From: Pseudobdellovibrionaceae bacterium
Lineage (GTDB): Bacteria; Bdellovibrionota; Bdellovibrionia; Bdellovibrionales; Bdellovibrionaceae
Direction of reading: 5' to 3'
Length of the DNA: 10,653 nt
NCBI GenBank assembly: GCA_041288045.1
Contig: JBGGMM010000114.1
Location: 1 to 10,653 of the forward strand
Part shown: piece after piece, positions 7,428 through 10,653 of the stretch
Layout of the letters: every line of letters starts with the position of its first letter
How positions within the stretch are numbered: position 1 is the stretch's first letter
The notes under the pieces: model-generated
What the model saw: only the letters and a program-made list of their open reading frames with translations
Database searches by the model: none
Told to the model about the DNA's origin: nothing
Made by a program: the position numbers and the translations under genes

Positions 7428-7988
7428 TCACTCAAAATAAAATAGAAAGCTGGCACCCACTGTTTTCATATTGGAAACATTGGTTGCAAGCTCACCGGAT
7501 ATATATTCGAAGAAAAGTTCAGCTCCCATTTGCGGCAGGAAGCGAAACTGAACTCCCACCTGCAAAGGCAGCAAAAAAGATTTCACATCCACTGCTGCAC
7601 AATTGGCTCTTTGACTGCATGTCACGTCTTTGGATTGATTGAAAGCCAGCACTGGACCGGCAAAAACCCCACCCGCCCCTGAAAATTTCAACATCGGTGT
7701 CAGTGGCACATCAAAATACGCGAAATCCATATCCACTTTGCCAGATAGAGTAGGCTCTAGTGTTGTGTACCTTTGGTTGTAAATCAGACCACTTCTCAGT
7801 CCCCAGCTTTTCTGCAAAGGCAAATAGGCCAATCCGCCAAAATGATAACCCAATCTTGTTTTCGCACTGGCCCCTGAGAGATCGGTTTCGGCTTGGCCTG
7901 ATTGAAGTCCGCCGACCAGCCCAAACTCCATTTGAGCTTGAGCTGTCAGTGAAAAAATCAAAAGAAAAAAACTAAAAAGACTTTTCAT
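7428..7988 (-). CDS. Outer-membrane beta-barrel protein (small ~8-strand type), paralogue B
   Basis: Signal peptide MKSLFSFFLLIFSLTAQA, amphipathic strands, YFDVPLT and FAGPVLA motifs, aromatic C-terminus FLFYFE. ATG 7988 follows the upstream stop after a 1-nt gap. Confidence 0.8.
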   Translation of the reverse strand: MKSLFSFFLLIFSLTAQAQMEFGLVGGLQSGQAETDLSGASAKTRLGYHFGGLAYLPLQKSWGLRSGLIYNQRYTTLEPTLSGKVDMDFAYFDVPLTPMLKFSGAGGVFAGPVLAFNQSKDVTCSQRANCAAVDVKSFLLPLQVGVQFRFLPQMGAELFFEYISGELATNVSNMKTVGASFLFYFE

Positions 7989-7989
7989 T

Positions 7990-8544
7990 TTACTCAAAAG
8001 TGATCAGCAGATTGGCGCCAACAGTTTTTAAATTTTTCAAAGTTTTATCCCAATATTCAGACGGCATCACTTCGTAAAAAAGTTCTGCACCCAACTGAGG
8101 GGCAAATTTAAAGCTCGCACCCAGCTGAAAGGCCACACTCATCGCTTCAGGATCTTTTGAATTTCCCAATTTATTGTCTTTTTGAGCCAAAAGGGCCAAA
8201 ACAGGACCTGCAAAAAATCCGGCATAATCGGCAAATTTAAAATTCGCTGTCACAGGAATATCAACGTAACCAGCATTCATATCGTAATCGGTCACACCGT
8301 CGTCGATCTTCACATCTCTTTGATTATAAAGAAGACCAGTCCGCATCTGAATACTTTGAGTCATGTCAAAAAAACCCAACACGCCCCCACCAAATCCAGT
8401 TTTGGATTTCACAGAGACACCTGTGGCATTCGGAATGGCAATATCAGCGCTGTTGGAGCGAAATCCAATTGCAGCTGCAAAATCATTTGCAGACGCGCCA
8501 ACTGAAATCAAAAAACCCATGACCAAAGTGATAAACGCTTTCAT
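7990..8544 (-). CDS. Outer-membrane beta-barrel protein (small ~8-strand type), paralogue A
   Basis: Signal peptide MKAFITLVMGFLISVGASA, SD-like AAAGGTGG before ATG 8544, YVDIPVT and FAGPVLA motifs, C-terminus LLITFE. Confidence 0.8.
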   Translation of the reverse strand: MKAFITLVMGFLISVGASANDFAAAIGFRSNSADIAIPNATGVSVKSKTGFGGGVLGFFDMTQSIQMRTGLLYNQRDVKIDDGVTDYDMNAGYVDIPVTANFKFADYAGFFAGPVLALLAQKDNKLGNSKDPEAMSVAFQLGASFKFAPQLGAELFYEVMPSEYWDKTLKNLKTVGANLLITFE

Positions 8545-8621
8545 GAAGCCACCTTTCGTTCTAACCTTCATTTGGAAGGGATGATTGCCCTTCAAATTAC
8601 TCGCTTCTGAAGAAGGGTTCT

Positions 8622-9281
8622 ATGTCTGACTTAGTGCTCTACAATTATTTTCGCAGTTCGGCTTCTTATCGAGTGCGCATCGGTCTTCACCTGAAGGGCC
8701 TCTCATTTGAATACAAAGCCGTTCATTTGCTCAATGACGGAGGCGAACAAAATAAAACGGCCTATAAGGATCTCAATCCGGCAGGTGAGGTCCCCACATT
8801 GATTCATGGTAGCCAGAGGCTCAGTCAATCCATGGCGATTTTGCAATACCTGGATGAGGTCTTTCCGCAACAGCCTCTTTTTCCCAAAAATTCATTCGAA
8901 AAAGCCAAAGTGATTCAGTTCTGTGAAGGCATCAACTGCACACAACCCTACCAAAATCTGCGAACTCTGCAATTTCTCGAAAAAGAGTTCAGCTTCCAAC
9001 AATCTCAAAAAGAAAAATGGCTGCAGCATTGGATCGGCCGAAATCTCGAAGCCTCTGAAAAAATCCTCGAATCCACAGCCGGAAAATTCTGTTTCGGCGA
9101 TCAGATCACCGCTGCAGAAGCTTTTCTGATCCCCCAACTCTTCACCGCTCATCGTTTCGGGATCGATTTCAAAAAATACCCATTGATTTCAAAGATTCAA
9201 AAGACGAGCGAAGAGCTCGAAGCATTCAAAAAGGCCCACCCCTTCCAACAACCAGACACACCATCTGATCTGAAGATCTAA
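8622..9281 (+). CDS. maiA: Maleylacetoacetate isomerase (GST zeta class)
   Basis: LYNYFRSSASYRVRIGLHLKG zeta signature, LNPAGEVPTL, LSQSMAILQYLDE, QNLR and C-terminal AHPFQQPDTP. SD-like GAAGGG at 8612-8617. Confidence 0.95.
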   Translation: MSDLVLYNYFRSSASYRVRIGLHLKGLSFEYKAVHLLNDGGEQNKTAYKDLNPAGEVPTLIHGSQRLSQSMAILQYLDEVFPQQPLFPKNSFEKAKVIQFCEGINCTQPYQNLRTLQFLEKEFSFQQSQKEKWLQHWIGRNLEASEKILESTAGKFCFGDQITAAEAFLIPQLFTAHRFGIDFKKYPLISKIQKTSEELEAFKKAHPFQQPDTPSDLKI

Positions 9282-9309
9282 ATCTTCAAATCAACTGCCA
9301 GCCAGAAGC

Positions 9310-9342
9310 CGCAAAGCAACACCACCGTGGTGTCGCTTTGCG
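9310..9342 (-). repeat. 15-bp hairpin between convergent maiA and ctaB
   Basis: Plus strand CGCAAAGCAACACCA-CCG-TGGTGTCGCTTTGCG. The single A.C mismatch becomes a G.U pair on the minus-strand RNA. No U tract on either side. Confidence 0.7.
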
Positions 9343-9490
9343 CGATCGGCGGGCTCCAATGAAAAGATCAAGTTCGAAAAATTTTTCTATGACTCAGATG
9401 AGTGCTCGCTCGAAATGTAACCTATGGGTTACCTTTCAAATGAGTGACAAGGATGTCGTGCCAACCGCAGAACCATCAAGAAGGCGAAAT

Positions 9491-10369
9491 TCAAACCCGA
9501 GGCAAAATCAAAAAGCTCCACTTATCGAGCACAGGCACAAAAAGAAAAACCAGGACGCTGAGATTGACCCACATGAAGAAAGCGAGCCAACGCTCACGGC
9601 CTTCACTGCGATAGAACCGATAGAACTCTTGCAAGATTTTGAACGCAAAAGGGACCACTGCCAAAGCATAAACCCAACTGGCTTGCACGAACCACGGTGA
9701 GGCAACGGCCACCACTAAATATAGAAAAGTCCAAAGCCCCATATGGAATAAGGTCTTGTGAATCCCAAGGGCCGCCGGCAAGGTGGGCACTCCACCGGCT
9801 TTGTAGTCTTCCTTGAATCGAATGGCCAAGGCCCAAAAGTGGGGCATTTGCCAGAGAAAGAGAATTAAAAAAAGATAGATCGAATCGATCCCGAAAATCT
9901 GCGAATCATTGGCAGCATAGCCAATCGTCACTGGCAGTGCTCCCGGGATAGCACCTGGAATTGCAGCAAAAATCCATTTGGGTTTCCACCAGTAAGTGTA
10001 AATTCCGTTGTAGAGAACCACAGTCAACCAACCCAAAGCTGCCGACGTTGGCGAAGCTTTGTAAAGGAGATCAGACCCAATCAGCAAAAACGCGAGAGCC
10101 AAAATACCCGCAGCGGCCGGAGTGATTTTCCCCGAAGCGACGGGACGCTTGGAAGTTCTTGGCATCAAGCGGTCAATTTTAAATTCTTGCACTTGATTCA
10201 AAGCCAGGCTGCCCGAGCTCAAAAAGAAAAGTCCGCCAACAAGATTCAAAAGATGTAGCCAGTTGAAAGAATTCTCGATGGCAAAGCTCGTGGCGTAGCC
10301 AGCAATTCCGCTGAGAACAACGAAAATCACAATCCCGAATTTAGTCAAATCAGCGTAAGTCCGAAACAT
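9491..10369 (-). CDS. ctaB: Protoheme IX farnesyltransferase (heme O synthase)
   Basis: UbiA-family motifs LTK, ALNQVQEFKIDRLMPRTSKRPVASG, YT..WKP, GAIPGALP..IGY and LFLWQMPHFWALAIRFKEDY. Lies downstream of an oxidase subunit IV gene. Confidence 0.95.
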   Translation of the reverse strand: MFRTYADLTKFGIVIFVVLSGIAGYATSFAIENSFNWLHLLNLVGGLFFLSSGSLALNQVQEFKIDRLMPRTSKRPVASGKITPAAAGILALAFLLIGSDLLYKASPTSAALGWLTVVLYNGIYTYWWKPKWIFAAIPGAIPGALPVTIGYAANDSQIFGIDSIYLFLILFLWQMPHFWALAIRFKEDYKAGGVPTLPAALGIHKTLFHMGLWTFLYLVVAVASPWFVQASWVYALAVVPFAFKILQEFYRFYRSEGRERWLAFFMWVNLSVLVFLFVPVLDKWSFLILPRV

Positions 10370-10383
10370 GCGCTAGATATAAC

Positions 10384-10412
10384 AAAAAAGCCCCCATTTG
10401 CAATGGAGGCTT
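10384..10412 (-). terminator. Intrinsic terminator of the cytochrome c oxidase operon
   Basis: Minus strand AAGCCTCCATT-GCA-AATGGGGGCTT with one G.U pair, running into a six-U tract at 10384-10389, about 30 nt after the subunit IV stop. Confidence 0.8.
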
Positions 10413-10444
10413 CAGCGAAATCTGTATTCGTTCAAGAATTTGAA

Positions 10445-10653
10445 TTAAAGCGCGTTACCTTGAAAGACCCGTGTCCAAATATCCAAAGCACAGAAGAAGA
10501 ACAAAAGACCTAGAAAGAAAAAGCCGGTTGCGAAAATCAACCGATTGCCTTTCACGTCGTATTTCAATCCCATAAAGAAGGCCATCACAAGCAGTGCCTT
10601 CACAATCGCAATCAGAAAGGCAATAGGAGTCGCTAAAACCCCCAAATGCATTC
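10445..10653 (-). CDS. Cytochrome c oxidase subunit IV family protein, 5' end outside the window
   Basis: IAIVKALLVMAFFMGLKYD resembles the K-A-x-L-V-x-x-x-F-M-H-L-K pattern of prokaryotic subunit IV. Two TM helices are visible and it is adjacent to ctaB. Confidence 0.85.
   Translation of the reverse strand, partial: MHLGVLATPIAFLIAIVKALLVMAFFMGLKYDVKGNRLIFATGFFFLGLLFFFCALDIWTRVFQGNAL

Noticed and set aside
8545..8595. Longer start for beta-barrel A at 8595
   Set aside because: The signal peptide and SD-like site support ATG 8544.
9338..9700. 120-aa plus-strand ORF
   Set aside because: It has a TTG start inside a hairpin, overlaps ctaB antisense for 210 nt and shows no recognisable motif.
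27..9836. Other short alternative-frame and antisense ORFs in the track (e.g. 1790-2215, 2299-2634, 6042-6425, 6375-6818, 8182-8505)
   Set aside because: All are nested in well-supported genes and lack protein motifs.
1..10653. CRISPR array, IS element, prophage or defence system
   Set aside because: No regularly spaced repeats and no transposase, integrase, nuclease or phage-like ORFs were seen.

Overview
Gene-dense bacterial chromosomal window. The protein set and style suggest Bdellovibrionota or a related deltaproteobacterium; this is inference, not a database result. In order it holds: a 5'-truncated EcxA/DUF4953-like metzincin protease; a single-domain response regulator coupled to a ~6-TM protein with a histidine-kinase H-box but no ATPase domain; tRNA-Ser(GGA); a YbhB/YbcL protein divergent from sugE/gdx; a minus-strand operon of two paralogous outer-membrane beta-barrels, a fumarylacetoacetate hydrolase and a lipoprotein alpha/beta hydrolase, divergent from maiA; heme O synthase; and the 3' end of cytochrome c oxidase subunit IV. 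No CRISPR array, transposase or integrase is visible. Best leads: the ATPase-less sensor/receiver pair, the beta-barrels embedded in the fah/maiA locus, a four-segment alternative-pairing pattern before maiA, an apparently leaderless riboswitch-free gdx, and a highly structured maiA-ctaB intergenic region with a consensus CsrA site.
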